64,000 bases of DNA from Thermodesulfovibrionales bacterium. GTDB taxonomy: Bacteria; Nitrospirota; Thermodesulfovibrionia; Thermodesulfovibrionales; SM23-35. The notes beneath the pieces were generated by a model that was not told the origin of the DNA, made no database searches, and saw nothing but the letters and a program-made list of their open reading frames with translations. This document shows positions 21,079 to 31,385 of the stretch, piece by piece. Position 1 is the first letter of the stretch. Each line of letters begins with the position of its first letter. The position numbers and the translations under genes are program-made. The stretch spans positions 128,001 through 192,000 of the forward strand of contig CAVQRT010000031.1 in NCBI GenBank assembly GCA_963715195.1, read 5' to 3'.

Positions 21079-21185
21079 GCTCATATTCATCTTTCCGTGA
21101 GACCTCCTGCCGTCAACTGTCCAGGGGGTCTTATTGATACTTCAGGCTACAAGAACCTTTATACAATGAGAAGGAGTGCGTGTTC

Positions 21186-22403
21186 ATGCCGGATCAGGAT
21201 CTCTCGAAACTGAAAATCGATAAGACTGCATCGATCTATCATCCCGCAAAACGGAAACAGTATCTTTACGGCGGTATTGCAGCGGCTGCTGTTATCGCAT
21301 TGATTATTCTTGCTGTTCTGGGTGTTTTTACTCCTGCAATGAAAGTTGAAACTGCACAGGTAACCCAGATATATCCGTCTCAGGGATTTACCCTCCTGAA
21401 TGCAAGCGGTTATGTAGTTGCACAGCGAAAGGCTGCGGTAGCCTCGAAGGTCACAGGACGGCTGATTTCTCTCTCTGTTGAGGAAGGCAGCCGGGTTAAG
21501 GCAGGACAGGTGATAGCGCGACTGGAAAGTGATGATGTCCTTGCAGCGCAGAATCAGGCTGCGGCAAACCTCAAAGCTGTGCGACAGAATCTTGAGCAGG
21601 CGCAGGCAGAGTTGCATGATGCAACCCTTTCATTCAACAGGAATAAAGAGCTTGCTGGTGCAGGATTTATTGCTCAGGCCGAATATGATTCTTCGGAGGC
21701 ACGGTACAAAAAAGCACAAGCAGCCGTGGGCGCTGCAGAAGCTTCTGTAAAGGCGAGCGAAGCAGCACTCAAAGGCGCTGAGGTTGCATTTGGATATACG
21801 TTAATCCGTGCTCCCTTTGATGCTGTAGTCCTGACAAAGAATGCCGATATCGGCGACATCGTAACACCTATCGGCGCTGCCGCTGATGCAAAAGCTGCTG
21901 TCGTGACTATTGCGGATATGGATTCTCTTCTGGTGGAGGTTGATGTCTCTGAATCAAACCTCTTTATGGTAAAAGATGGACAGCCGTGCGAAATCCATCT
22001 TGATGCCCTGCCTGATTTACGCTTCCGCGGGAAAGTGCATATGATCGTGCCGACTGCTGACAGGGCCAAGGCAACAATCATGGTCAAGGTCAGCTTTTTA
22101 GAGAAAGACAGCCGGGTTCTGCCGGAAATGAGTGCAAAAGTTGCGTTTCTGTCGCGTGAGGTGAGATCCGATGAGGCGAAACCGCGCACCGCCCTTATCC
22201 CTTCAGCGATAGTGACCAGGGACGGAAAGTCAATGGTATTCATTATCCGGGAAAACAGGGTTGCCGAGTCAGCGGTAACAACCGGAGAAAAGCTCGGAGA
22301 CATGATTGAGATTTTACACGGTGTCAAACCCGGGGATACCGTTGTCTTGAAGCCGATTGAAAAAATGAAGGACGGGGCCAGGATCAAGATAGCAGAGAAG
22401 TAA
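21186..22403 (+). CDS. Efflux transporter periplasmic adaptor subunit
   Basis: TM anchor, ASGYVVAQR, lipoyl/hairpin motifs, IRAPFD. Confidence 0.9.
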   Translation: MPDQDLSKLKIDKTASIYHPAKRKQYLYGGIAAAAVIALIILAVLGVFTPAMKVETAQVTQIYPSQGFTLLNASGYVVAQRKAAVASKVTGRLISLSVEEGSRVKAGQVIARLESDDVLAAQNQAAANLKAVRQNLEQAQAELHDATLSFNRNKELAGAGFIAQAEYDSSEARYKKAQAAVGAAEASVKASEAALKGAEVAFGYTLIRAPFDAVVLTKNADIGDIVTPIGAAADAKAAVVTIADMDSLLVEVDVSESNLFMVKDGQPCEIHLDALPDLRFRGKVHMIVPTADRAKATIMVKVSFLEKDSRVLPEMSAKVAFLSREVRSDEAKPRTALIPSAIVTRDGKSMVFIIRENRVAESAVTTGEKLGDMIEILHGVKPGDTVVLKPIEKMKDGARIKIAEK

Positions 22404-23104
22404 TGACCGGCAAACCTGTCATTGTTGAAATAATAAATCTGTACAAATCATACCGCCGCGGGAGCCAGATCCTTCCGGTGCTGACGGATATTTCCCTTGA
22501 TATCGCCGAAGGTGAATTTATTGCCCTCATGGGTCCTTCCGGTTCAGGGAAAACGACACTCCTCAACCTCATTGCAGGCATCGATAAGGCAGACAGCGGT
22601 GTGATCAGAGTAGGAGGTGTAGAAATTACTGCGCTCTCTGAAAATGAACTTGCACTCTGGCGCGCGTCGAACGTGGGTTTTATCTTCCAGTTTTACAACC
22701 TTATACCCGTGCTCACCGCTTTTGAAAACGTCGAGCTTCCCCTGCTTATCACGGGGCTTTCGAAACGGGAGCGCCGGGCACATGCTGAGATGGCACTCAG
22801 TGTAGTCAATCTTACTGACCGCATTGATCACTATCCCGGTGAGCTCTCAGGCGGGCAGCAGCAGCGGGTAGCCATTGCCCGTGCAATTGTTACGGATCCG
22901 GGGATTCTTGTCGCCGATGAGCCGACCGGTGACCTTGACAGGGTCACAGCAATAGAGGTCCTTCAGCTTATGGAGCGCCTCGTGCATGAGCTCGGTAAGA
23001 CTATCATCATGGTGACCCATGATCCCAGGGCAGCTCAGATGGCTCATACCATCACCCATCTTGATAAAGGTGTGCTGAATGCACGTCCTCAGACTGATCT
23101 TTAA
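22403..23104 (+). CDS. ABC transporter ATP-binding protein (MacB/LolD type)
   Basis: [25 protein letters not shown]. Confidence 0.95.
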   Translation: MTGKPVIVEIINLYKSYRRGSQILPVLTDISLDIAEGEFIALMGPSGSGKTTLLNLIAGIDKADSGVIRVGGVEITALSENELALWRASNVGFIFQFYNLIPVLTAFENVELPLLITGLSKRERRAHAEMALSVVNLTDRIDHYPGELSGGQQQRVAIARAIVTDPGILVADEPTGDLDRVTAIEVLQLMERLVHELGKTIIMVTHDPRAAQMAHTITHLDKGVLNARPQTDL

Positions 23105-24236
23105 GAATTCCTTCCGGCATAAACTCAGGACGTTTTTGACGGTTCTCGGCGTTTCCATTGCGATCCTGGCATTCGGCCTCCTGAGAACCGTGATCGATGC
23201 ATGGTATGCCGGAGTCGAGGCATCCTCTGCAAACAGGCTTGTCACAAGGAATGCCATATCACTCATTTTCCCGTTGCCGCTTTCTTACAAGGAGAAGATA
23301 CGCCAGATCGAAGGGGTAAAATCGGTCTCCTATGGGACCTGGTTTGGCGGGATATATATTGATGAGAAGCATTTTTTTGCAAACTATGCCATGGAACCAG
23401 AACATTACCTTGCTATATACCCTGAAATCATTATCCCCCCTGATCAGAGAACAGCTTTTTACCGGGACCGGAAATCCGCCGCAGTAGGGAGGAAGCTCGC
23501 GGACAGGTACGGTTGGAAGATAGGAGATACGGTAACGCTCAGGGGAACGATTTTTCCGGGCGACTGGGAATTCGTTATCCGGGGCATCTACCAGGGGCGG
23601 GATCAGAACGTTGATGAGACTGCATTTTTCTTTCACTGGGAATACCTCAATGAAACAATGAAAAAGACCGCACCGGGACGCGCTGATCAGGTCGGATGGT
23701 ATATGGTTGAGATTAAAAACCCGAATCTTGCAGCGGATGTTTCTGTAAGAATCGACAGAATGTTCAAGAATTCCCTTGCCGAGACCCTTACTGAGACTGA
23801 GAAGGCATTTAATCTGAGCTTCATCTCGATGACAGAAGCTATTATCCTTGTTATTCAACTTGTCTCTTACGTGATCATTCTTATCATCATGGCTGTTGTC
23901 GCAAACACAATGGCTATGACAGCCCGTGAGCGGATTGGGGAATATGCGGTCTTCAAGACTCTTGGCTTTGGAGGTTTCCATGTCGCCGGCCTTATATTCG
24001 GCGAATCCCTCTTCATTACCATGTTTGGTGCTTCAATAGGTATTCTCCTTACTTTCCCGGTAGCAAAAATCTTTGCACAACAGTTGAGCACCTATTTCCC
24101 CATATTCAATGTCGATCCTGAAACCATATACCTCGATATCGCTGCTGCCTGCCTCGTTGGCCTCTCGGCAGCGTGCTTCCCCACGTGGCGTGCACTGAGA
24201 ATCAGGATAGCTGACGGGCTCAGGAGGATAGGGTAG
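23079..24236 (+). CDS. ABC transporter permease (FtsX/MacB-like)
   Basis: RTFLTVLG, RERIGEYAVFKTLGF, 4-TM pattern. Confidence 0.9.
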   Translation: MHVLRLIFKNSFRHKLRTFLTVLGVSIAILAFGLLRTVIDAWYAGVEASSANRLVTRNAISLIFPLPLSYKEKIRQIEGVKSVSYGTWFGGIYIDEKHFFANYAMEPEHYLAIYPEIIIPPDQRTAFYRDRKSAAVGRKLADRYGWKIGDTVTLRGTIFPGDWEFVIRGIYQGRDQNVDETAFFFHWEYLNETMKKTAPGRADQVGWYMVEIKNPNLAADVSVRIDRMFKNSLAETLTETEKAFNLSFISMTEAIILVIQLVSYVIILIIMAVVANTMAMTARERIGEYAVFKTLGFGGFHVAGLIFGESLFITMFGASIGILLTFPVAKIFAQQLSTYFPIFNVDPETIYLDIAAACLVGLSAACFPTWRALRIRIADGLRRIG

Positions 24237-25402
24237 TGAAAATTCCATTCTCATACAGCCTGCGCAATTTATGGACACGCAGGCTTACAACCGTTCTTAC
24301 TGTCGCAGGCATGGCGCTCGTTGTCTTTGTATTTGCTGCTGTGCTGATGCTTGCCCAGGGCCTGCAAAAAACCCTTGTGAAGACGGGTTCGTATGACAAT
24401 GTTGTTGTCATCAGGAAATCCTCGGAATCAGAAGTGCAGAGCGGTGTTGAGAGACTTCAGGCATCGATCATAGAAACTCAGCCGGAGATCGCAACAGGCG
24501 CTGACGGGAAACGGCTTGTTGCAAGAGAATTGGTGGTTCTTATCGCTCTGCCAAAACGGGGAACCGACAAACCATCGAATATTGTTATACGGGGTGTCGA
24601 GGAGAAATCCATGATCCTGCGCCCTCAGGTTAAACTTATTCAGGGTCGAATGCCACGAGTTGGCTCTTCAGAAATCATTGCAGGTTCAAGCATCGCTAAA
24701 CGATTTGAGGGTGGAGGTATCGGTGAATCCCTGCGCTTTGGCATGAGGGACTGGACTGTTGTCGGGATCTTTGATGCGGGCAATACAGGATATAACTCGG
24801 AGATTTGGGGGGATGTTGACCAGTTCATGCAGGCCTTCCGGAGGCCTGTCTATTCATCGGTAATCTTTAAGCTTCGGAGATTATCTGAGTTCGACAATGT
24901 GAAAAACAGGATAGAGAATGACCCCCGCCTCTCGCTTGAAGCCCTGCGCGAGACGAGGTACTATGAAAAACAGTCGGAGATGATGGCAAAGTTTCTCCGT
25001 ATTCTCGGGATAACGCTGACGCTGATATTTTCCATAGGGGCGGTTATTGGTGCCATGATCACGATGTATGCTGCGGTTGCAAATCGGGTTTCCGAAATAG
25101 GGACCATGCGGGCACTGGGGTTTCAAAGGAAAAGCATCCTGTTCGCGTTTCTCATGGAGTCACTGTTACTGGGTATCCTGGGTGGACTGATCGGGCTGTT
25201 TTTTGCATCCTTTCTCCAATTATTTACCGTCTCGACCCTCAACTTTCAGACCTTCTCAGAACTTGCATTCTCCTTTACATTGACTGTTGAAATCTTTGCC
25301 GAGGCCATGGGGTTCTCTCTCATCATGGGGTTTGTCGGTGGTGTCCTCCCCGCAGTGCGCGCCTCGCGCATGAATATTGTCGAGGCTCTGCGGTCAAGCT
25401 GA
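24236..25402 (+). CDS. ABC transporter permease (FtsX/MacB-like)
   Basis: NRVSEIGTMRALGF, PAVRASRM. Confidence 0.9.
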   Translation: MKIPFSYSLRNLWTRRLTTVLTVAGMALVVFVFAAVLMLAQGLQKTLVKTGSYDNVVVIRKSSESEVQSGVERLQASIIETQPEIATGADGKRLVARELVVLIALPKRGTDKPSNIVIRGVEEKSMILRPQVKLIQGRMPRVGSSEIIAGSSIAKRFEGGGIGESLRFGMRDWTVVGIFDAGNTGYNSEIWGDVDQFMQAFRRPVYSSVIFKLRRLSEFDNVKNRIENDPRLSLEALRETRYYEKQSEMMAKFLRILGITLTLIFSIGAVIGAMITMYAAVANRVSEIGTMRALGFQRKSILFAFLMESLLLGILGGLIGLFFASFLQLFTVSTLNFQTFSELAFSFTLTVEIFAEAMGFSLIMGFVGGVLPAVRASRMNIVEALRSS

Positions 25403-25463
25403 CCGCATAACCAAAAAAATGCTTTTGAAAAATCGCATGGCGGGAAATCGTATTCTTTTTTGA

Positions 25464-25718
25464 CTATGAAAGACCGAGAGCAGCCTTTATTTTTGCTTCC
25501 TGAAACCCCACAATGACTGTATCGCCAATGATGATTGTGGGAAACGAACATTCTGGATTGAGTTTCATAATATCTGCGAGAATCGCTTTTCTGTCATTCT
25601 CGGGAACAAGATCCACGTCGGTAAATTCATATTCTACAGCACATGAGTCAAGAAACCGTTTTGTGGCTTTACAATGAACGCATGTACTTAAGGTATACAT
25701 TTTCACTGATTTCTGCAT
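25464..25718 (-). CDS. Glutaredoxin family protein (NrdH-like)
   Basis: YTLSTCVHC, SFPTIII, IVGF. Confidence 0.88.
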   Translation of the reverse strand: MQKSVKMYTLSTCVHCKATKRFLDSCAVEYEFTDVDLVPENDRKAILADIMKLNPECSFPTIIIGDTVIVGFQEAKIKAALGLS

Positions 25719-25807
25719 TATGGGACCCCCTTATGTGTAGACTCAGTAGCTTCTATCATAATTATTATTAATTAATAAAGTAAATTAGTAATTTAATTAG
25801 GTGCTCA

Positions 25808-26725
25808 TCATCTGATCCTTGCTTTGTCGGCACGCCTCTTCCTGTATTCCAGCCAGATGATATAAAGGATCATAAAAACAACCGATACGGTTGAAGGTAT
25901 TGCCGCCCGCTGGTCGAAAAATGAAAGCGCGAGCCCTCCTGACAGTCCGTAATTCTTGAGTGTTCCGAGAAGGACAATGCTGACAGTAACATCCTGAGCA
26001 AGGTGCAGCTTTTTTGCGGCGGTTTCGACAATCCACCCAAGAAGGAAGGTGCCCGAAAATGCAATGAAGGCAATGGGCAGAAGGGATAGTGGTTGGGTAA
26101 TGAATACCTTCTGATTTAACGCTACGATCGTATAGGTGATCAGAAAAAAACTCCAGTTTGTGATAGTTCCTCTTACCGGATTGATGATTCTCGACAGCCC
26201 GGTCCATATGAGGAGACGGGCAAGAATAACGGGCATGACAATAAGTTCCGCGATAATTACCAGTACTTTGAGCGGTGAAATAAAGTTCGACCCTAAAAAT
26301 GTGAGCGCGATGAGAGGAGCGATAATGAGCGCACCCAGGTAAGCACCAACGGTTCCGATCAGAGAAACCGCCCTGTTTCCGTTCAGGAAGATTGAGAACG
26401 GGATGACGGCTACTGCCGGAGGAACGGCAGCAAGGATTACAAAACCGCTCCATAATGCCTGATCAGTGATCAGCAAATAGCTCAATCCCAGAATGAACAG
26501 CCCATGTACGGCATAACTCATCATGATGCCGGCTGACCCATGCGAAAGAAGCATCCTTATTGATATGAAAACATCTCCCTGTAATCCCATTACAGCAACA
26601 GTCATGATAAGGGCAAGGGCGGGGAACATGAATTGCTCAGTCCATCCGGCAGCTCCTTCCCAGAGCAGTCCAAGGATCAACCCAGATAGTAACAGGAAAT
26701 TCCTGTCATTCAGTAATCTTTTCAT
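25808..26725 (-). CDS. Bile acid:sodium symporter (BASS)-like membrane transporter
   Basis: About 10 TM segments, AVPPAVA and GTLKNYGL motifs. Confidence 0.65.
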   Translation of the reverse strand: MKRLLNDRNFLLLSGLILGLLWEGAAGWTEQFMFPALALIMTVAVMGLQGDVFISIRMLLSHGSAGIMMSYAVHGLFILGLSYLLITDQALWSGFVILAAVPPAVAVIPFSIFLNGNRAVSLIGTVGAYLGALIIAPLIALTFLGSNFISPLKVLVIIAELIVMPVILARLLIWTGLSRIINPVRGTITNWSFFLITYTIVALNQKVFITQPLSLLPIAFIAFSGTFLLGWIVETAAKKLHLAQDVTVSIVLLGTLKNYGLSGGLALSFFDQRAAIPSTVSVVFMILYIIWLEYRKRRADKARIR

Positions 26726-26905
26726 AGCAGCTATGGATACTGCATGATTATATGCCGAGTATTCTCCATCCGCACGGGTGGTTGCCGGATCAGTTAGTGA
26801 GGTTTGTCCCGTTATCTTTTCATCAGCAACCTGGTGATAATGTAAACGAGAAACATTACGGCAACAGCAATAATGTAAGTAACTGTTTCCATTCGCTTGC
26901 GCTTT

Positions 26906-27538
26906 TTAAATATCTTTCGAGGGGCAGATATCGGAGAGAATGCATTCCCCGTGCTTCGGGTTTTTTGCATGGCATACCTTTCTTCCATGCAATATCAGAA
27001 GATGGGAGAGTTTGGACCAATCCGCTTTGGGGATTATTCCCATGAGGTCTTTCTCTATCTTAACAGGGTCCTTATGTTTGGTGAGGCCAAGACGGTACGC
27101 AAGCCTTTTCACATGCGTGTCTACTGCGATACCTTCATTGATCCCATAAGCATTTGAGAGAATGATATTTGCTGTTTTCCGGGCAACACCGGGAAGGGTC
27201 GTGAGTTCCTCCATGGTCTCTGGGACTTTTCCATGAAATTCCTCGAAGATTATCCGCGCGGAAGCCTGGATATTTTTCGCCTTTGTCTTGTAGAAATTAA
27301 CCGAACCCAGATCTTTCTGGAGTGTCTCCAAAGGCACATCCGCATAGTCGACTACTGACCTGTATTTCCGGAAAAGCTCCAGGGTTACCTTATTCACCAG
27401 AAGATCAGTAGCCTGGGCAGAGAGTATCGTAGCGACGAGAAGCTCAAATGGCGAGTTGAAATGGAGTGCCGTCTTCGGATCAGGATAGGCCTTTTTCAAT
27501 CGCTTGATGATCCCGAGGGCTGTTTCTTTTGTATTCAT
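26906..27538 (-). CDS. nth: Endonuclease III
   Basis: LLVATILSAQATD, LPGVARKTAN, VDTHV, C-terminal Fe-S cysteines. Confidence 0.96.
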   Translation of the reverse strand: MNTKETALGIIKRLKKAYPDPKTALHFNSPFELLVATILSAQATDLLVNKVTLELFRKYRSVVDYADVPLETLQKDLGSVNFYKTKAKNIQASARIIFEEFHGKVPETMEELTTLPGVARKTANIILSNAYGINEGIAVDTHVKRLAYRLGLTKHKDPVKIEKDLMGIIPKADWSKLSHLLILHGRKVCHAKNPKHGECILSDICPSKDI

Positions 27539-28746
27539 TCGCCCTTGATAAAGTAGTCCATGAGTCTGTGTCCTTCTTCAAATACGATGATGTCGTCCCT
27601 CGTGAGGATCGATTCGTCGAACGATGCATGCGGATTGTCCCTTTTCGCACGGCTGTCGTATATCAGAAAGGGAACAGGTTCGTCAGTATGCGTTTTGACC
27701 TCTATCGGGGTTGCATGGTCAGGCAGGATGAGTATCCGGTAATCATCGAATGCGGTCATTCCCTTCAGCACATTTCCCACAACACGTGCGTCAAAGTCTT
27801 CGATTGCCCGTATCTTGTCCTCATAATTGCCTGCATGGCCTGCTTCATCCGGTGCTTCGACATGAATGTACGCGATGTCTACTCTCTCAAGCGCTTTCAA
27901 AGCACTTTCCGCTTTTCCCTCATAATTGGTGTCCAGATACCCGGTAATGCCGGGTACTTCAAGAATTTCCAGCCCTGCACTTATTCCCAATCCTCTCATA
28001 AGGTCAACAGCAGAGACAAGGGCACCGGCGAGTGAATATTTCTGTTTGAAGGTCGGGAGGAGGAGCTTTTTCCCTTGTCCCCAGAGCCAAATGCTATTGG
28101 CAGGTTTGTCGCCTCTTCTTATACGTTCCTTGTTGATGGGATGATTTTCAAGAATCCCTGCTGATTTCAGCATCAGATCCCTCAGAATATCCTCTCCGTT
28201 GCCGATAGGAAGGTAGTCTGAAATCTCTTTTCCGGTAATGTCATGAGGAGGAGTGCACTCGATCTTTGATTCGCCCGAGGACCAGAGCATAATATGCCGG
28301 TAACTAATTCCAGGATAGAAAGTGATCTCTTCGCTGCCGGCTTTGCGATTGATTTCGAGAACAAGTTCTTTTGCCTCGTCTGTCGATATATGTCCGCTGC
28401 TGTAATCATCCATAACGGCCTTTGTCTTGTCCTTGTTATACTTCAGGGTGACGAGGTTGCACCGGTAGGCTACATCGTCTTCCTTCATACTGATTCCGAT
28501 GCTCGCTGCTTCAAGTGGAGCCCTTCCCGAATAGAATTCCTGAGGATTATACCCGAGGATGCTCAGGTTGGCGATATCAGAACCGGGGTGAAAACCGGCG
28601 GGGACAGTTCGGATTTTTCCCATTATGCCCTCGCGGGCAAGCCTGTCCATATTCGGGATTGAGGATATCTGCAGAGGGGTTTTGCCGTTTAACTCCTTTA
28701 GAGGCCTGTCAGCCATTCCGTCACCAATGATTACGATATATTTCAT
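27535..28746 (-). CDS. apgM: Cofactor-independent phosphoglycerate mutase (ApgM family)
   Basis: IGDGMAD, PGSDIAN, HVEAPDEAGH, PDHATP. Confidence 0.9.
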   Translation of the reverse strand: MKYIVIIGDGMADRPLKELNGKTPLQISSIPNMDRLAREGIMGKIRTVPAGFHPGSDIANLSILGYNPQEFYSGRAPLEAASIGISMKEDDVAYRCNLVTLKYNKDKTKAVMDDYSSGHISTDEAKELVLEINRKAGSEEITFYPGISYRHIMLWSSGESKIECTPPHDITGKEISDYLPIGNGEDILRDLMLKSAGILENHPINKERIRRGDKPANSIWLWGQGKKLLLPTFKQKYSLAGALVSAVDLMRGLGISAGLEILEVPGITGYLDTNYEGKAESALKALERVDIAYIHVEAPDEAGHAGNYEDKIRAIEDFDARVVGNVLKGMTAFDDYRILILPDHATPIEVKTHTDEPVPFLIYDSRAKRDNPHASFDESILTRDDIIVFEEGHRLMDYFIKGE

Positions 28747-28750
28747 GCTG

Positions 28751-28987
28751 TTATTCTATGATATCTCCGTCGAGAAGCTCAACCGCAATCCCCTGGTCTT
28801 TGAGTGACTGGAGCCCTTTCTCAAGGTTTTCTTCCTCCCCTTCCAGGACGAGGATCATTTCCCCGCGTGTCTCGGTGACCTTTGCCTGCCTGATGTTCGG
28901 CATAACATCATATTTTCTGGCCATGGTAAAGATAACAGGCTCTTTAATGAGATGCTGGGGGAAAATCAGTTTTATATGCTTCTTCAT
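28751..28987 (-). CDS. NIL domain protein
   Basis: MKKHIKLIFPQHLIKEPVI...PNIRQAKV...GEMILVLEG; ATG at 28987. Confidence 0.8.
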   Translation of the reverse strand: MKKHIKLIFPQHLIKEPVIFTMARKYDVMPNIRQAKVTETRGEMILVLEGEEENLEKGLQSLKDQGIAVELLDGDIIE

Positions 28988-29036
28988 CACTTTCTCCGTA
29001 GGGTACCCCTCTGCAATTACAGGAACGATTGATATC

Positions 29037-30338
29037 TCAGGTACTTTCCTCTTTCCCTTCTGCCCTGATAAAAACGGTTTTGCCCATGACGGCTGGTAAA
29101 GCATCGATTTCACTAATAGCACGGCGGACATCCTTCTCCTTTGCTTCATGGGTAAGGACTACGAGCGGGACTGCCTCACCAATCCTCCTTCCTTTCTGGA
29201 TAACCGATGCAATGCTGATATCGTGATTTCCGAGTATCCCTGAAATCTTCGAGAGGACACCCGGTTTATCGAGTGCAGAGAACCGAAAATAGTACCGTGA
29301 GAGTACATCATCAATCTTTTTAATTTTTATATCCCTGAAAATCATCGGAATTGTCGGGACTCTTCCGGTGGCATTTTTCTTCATGTTCCTGGCGATATCT
29401 GCAATATCACTTACGACTGCGCTGCCCGTCGGCACCGAACCTGCGCCTCTTCCATAATACAGGGTTGAGCCTGTAGCATCGCCGTCCACATAGATGGCAT
29501 TGAACGGGCCATCAACTTTTGCGATCAGGTAATCTTTCGGGAGCATGGTCGGGTGAACCCTGAGTTCGATTTCGCCATCCGCTTCTTTGGCAATGGCAAG
29601 CAGCTTCACCTTGTAGCCAAGCTCGGATGCAAAACTGATGTCCTGCGTGGCGATCCCGGTAATTCCCTCAACATGAACAGAGTTGAATGAGAGGGGGATG
29701 CCATAGGCGAGGGTCGAGAGGATGGTGAGTTTGTGTGCAGTATCGATCCCTTCAATATCGAGTGTCGGGTCGGCTTCAGCATACCCCAGAGCCTGTGCCT
29801 CTTTTAATGCATCTGAGAATTCCATATTCTGATCGGTCATTTTTGTCAGAATGTAATTGGAAGTTCCGTTGATGATGCCATAGATGGCTTTGATCCTGTT
29901 CGCGATGAGACTTTCTTTCATGACCTTGATGATTGGAATAGCACCTGCTACCGATGCCTCAAATCCTACTTCAACTCCTGCCTCACGCGCTGCCGTGAAG
30001 ATGTCTGCTCCCCCGGTTGCAAGGAGTGCTTTATTCGCGGTAACAACGTGTTTTTTGTTCTGAATCGCTTTGAGGATAAAGTCTTTCGCAGGCTTGATGC
30101 CGCCGATGAGTTCGACGACGATATGAATATCCGGGTCGTCGAAAATCATGTTGACATCTTTGGTTAATACTCCGTCAGGGATTTTGATTCCTCTGTCGCG
30201 TTCTATGTCGAGATCAGCGATCCTCCTGAGATTGATTGGAAATCCAAGCCGTTCTTTCAGAATATCCATGTTCTCGATGAGAATCTTTGCAGTTCCGCTG
30301 CCAACGATGCCAAAACCGATTATTCCTACGTTTACCAT
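29037..30338 (-). CDS. hom: Homoserine dehydrogenase with C-terminal ACT domain
   Basis: GFGIVG, VVTANK, EASVAGAIP, GYAEADP. Confidence 0.96.
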   Translation of the reverse strand: MVNVGIIGFGIVGSGTAKILIENMDILKERLGFPINLRRIADLDIERDRGIKIPDGVLTKDVNMIFDDPDIHIVVELIGGIKPAKDFILKAIQNKKHVVTANKALLATGGADIFTAAREAGVEVGFEASVAGAIPIIKVMKESLIANRIKAIYGIINGTSNYILTKMTDQNMEFSDALKEAQALGYAEADPTLDIEGIDTAHKLTILSTLAYGIPLSFNSVHVEGITGIATQDISFASELGYKVKLLAIAKEADGEIELRVHPTMLPKDYLIAKVDGPFNAIYVDGDATGSTLYYGRGAGSVPTGSAVVSDIADIARNMKKNATGRVPTIPMIFRDIKIKKIDDVLSRYYFRFSALDKPGVLSKISGILGNHDISIASVIQKGRRIGEAVPLVVLTHEAKEKDVRRAISEIDALPAVMGKTVFIRAEGKEEST

Positions 30339-30373
30339 GTTTTTTAAGCCTTTCTATATGGGTGATTGGTGTT

Positions 30374-31213
30374 CTAACTATTATACATATCCTCTGCGTT
30401 CATTGAGCTCCTTACCAATGGGCCGGAAAGAACCTGTCGAAATCCCATGGCGAGTGCCATATCACGAAGTCTGTCGAATGTCTCCGGCCTGACATATTCA
30501 ATAACCGGAAGATTTGCTCGCGATGGCCTCAGATACTGACCTAGGGTGATGTAATCGCAGCCGGTTTTTCGCAGATCTCTCAGAACATCCAGAACTTCAT
30601 ACACCTGTTCGCCCAGACCCAGCATAAGCCCTGATTTGGTTTTCACGCCCGGAAACCTTTGCTTTATGTGCCCTAATAGGGAAAGTGAACGACAGTAATC
30701 GGCCAGAGGCCTGACAGTAGGATATAGTCTCGGAATTGTCTCAATATTGTGGTTGAATACATCCGGCTGTGAATCCAGAACCGTATTGATGCTGCTCAGG
30801 ACTCCCTTGAAGTCAGGGGTCAATACCTCCACTTTTGCACCGGGCACAATTCCCCTGAGGGCATCGACTGTATCTGCAAAGTGGCCGGCACCTCCGTCAG
30901 GGAGGTCATCACGGGTCACGGAGGTGATGACCACATAACGCAAGCGCATTTCCCTCGCAGCCATGCCGATTCTCTCAGGCTCATCATGATCGAGCGGTTC
31001 GGGCACAGAGGACGTCACCGAGCAAAAACCGCAGTTCCTGGAGCACCTTGCCCCCATGATCATGAAAGCAGCAGTTGGTTTCAGGAAACATTCACCGATA
31101 TTCGGGCATCTTGCCTCCTCACAGACAGATGCAAGGCCATATGCGCGCAATATCCGTTTTGTCTCGTGAAGTCTTCGGGGGTTCTTTGTCCGCAGCCATT
31201 CCGGCAGCCGCAC
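30374..31213 (-). CDS. lipA: Lipoyl synthase
   Basis: CEEARCPNIGEC, CSRNCGFC, NHNIET, VRSS. Confidence 0.96.
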   Translation of the reverse strand: MRLPEWLRTKNPRRLHETKRILRAYGLASVCEEARCPNIGECFLKPTAAFMIMGARCSRNCGFCSVTSSVPEPLDHDEPERIGMAAREMRLRYVVITSVTRDDLPDGGAGHFADTVDALRGIVPGAKVEVLTPDFKGVLSSINTVLDSQPDVFNHNIETIPRLYPTVRPLADYCRSLSLLGHIKQRFPGVKTKSGLMLGLGEQVYEVLDVLRDLRKTGCDYITLGQYLRPSRANLPVIEYVRPETFDRLRDMALAMGFRQVLSGPLVRSSMNAEDMYNS

Positions 31214-31385
31214 GGTCTACTCCGTTTCGAGATCTATGATTAATCGTGAAAAATTGTCATTACGATAATGGAAATACCCGACTTTGTCAAATACCGAAGG
31301 AGTTCAGACAGCCGCTCCTCTTGTTAATTTCCTTTTCAAGTGTTATGCTTTTTTATGCTTAAAAATTCCTGTACGGATTATTGAT

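Noticed and set aside
25750..25800. Very AT-rich tract upstream of the glutaredoxin gene
   Set aside because: Consistent with an ordinary promoter region; no definable motif or origin features.
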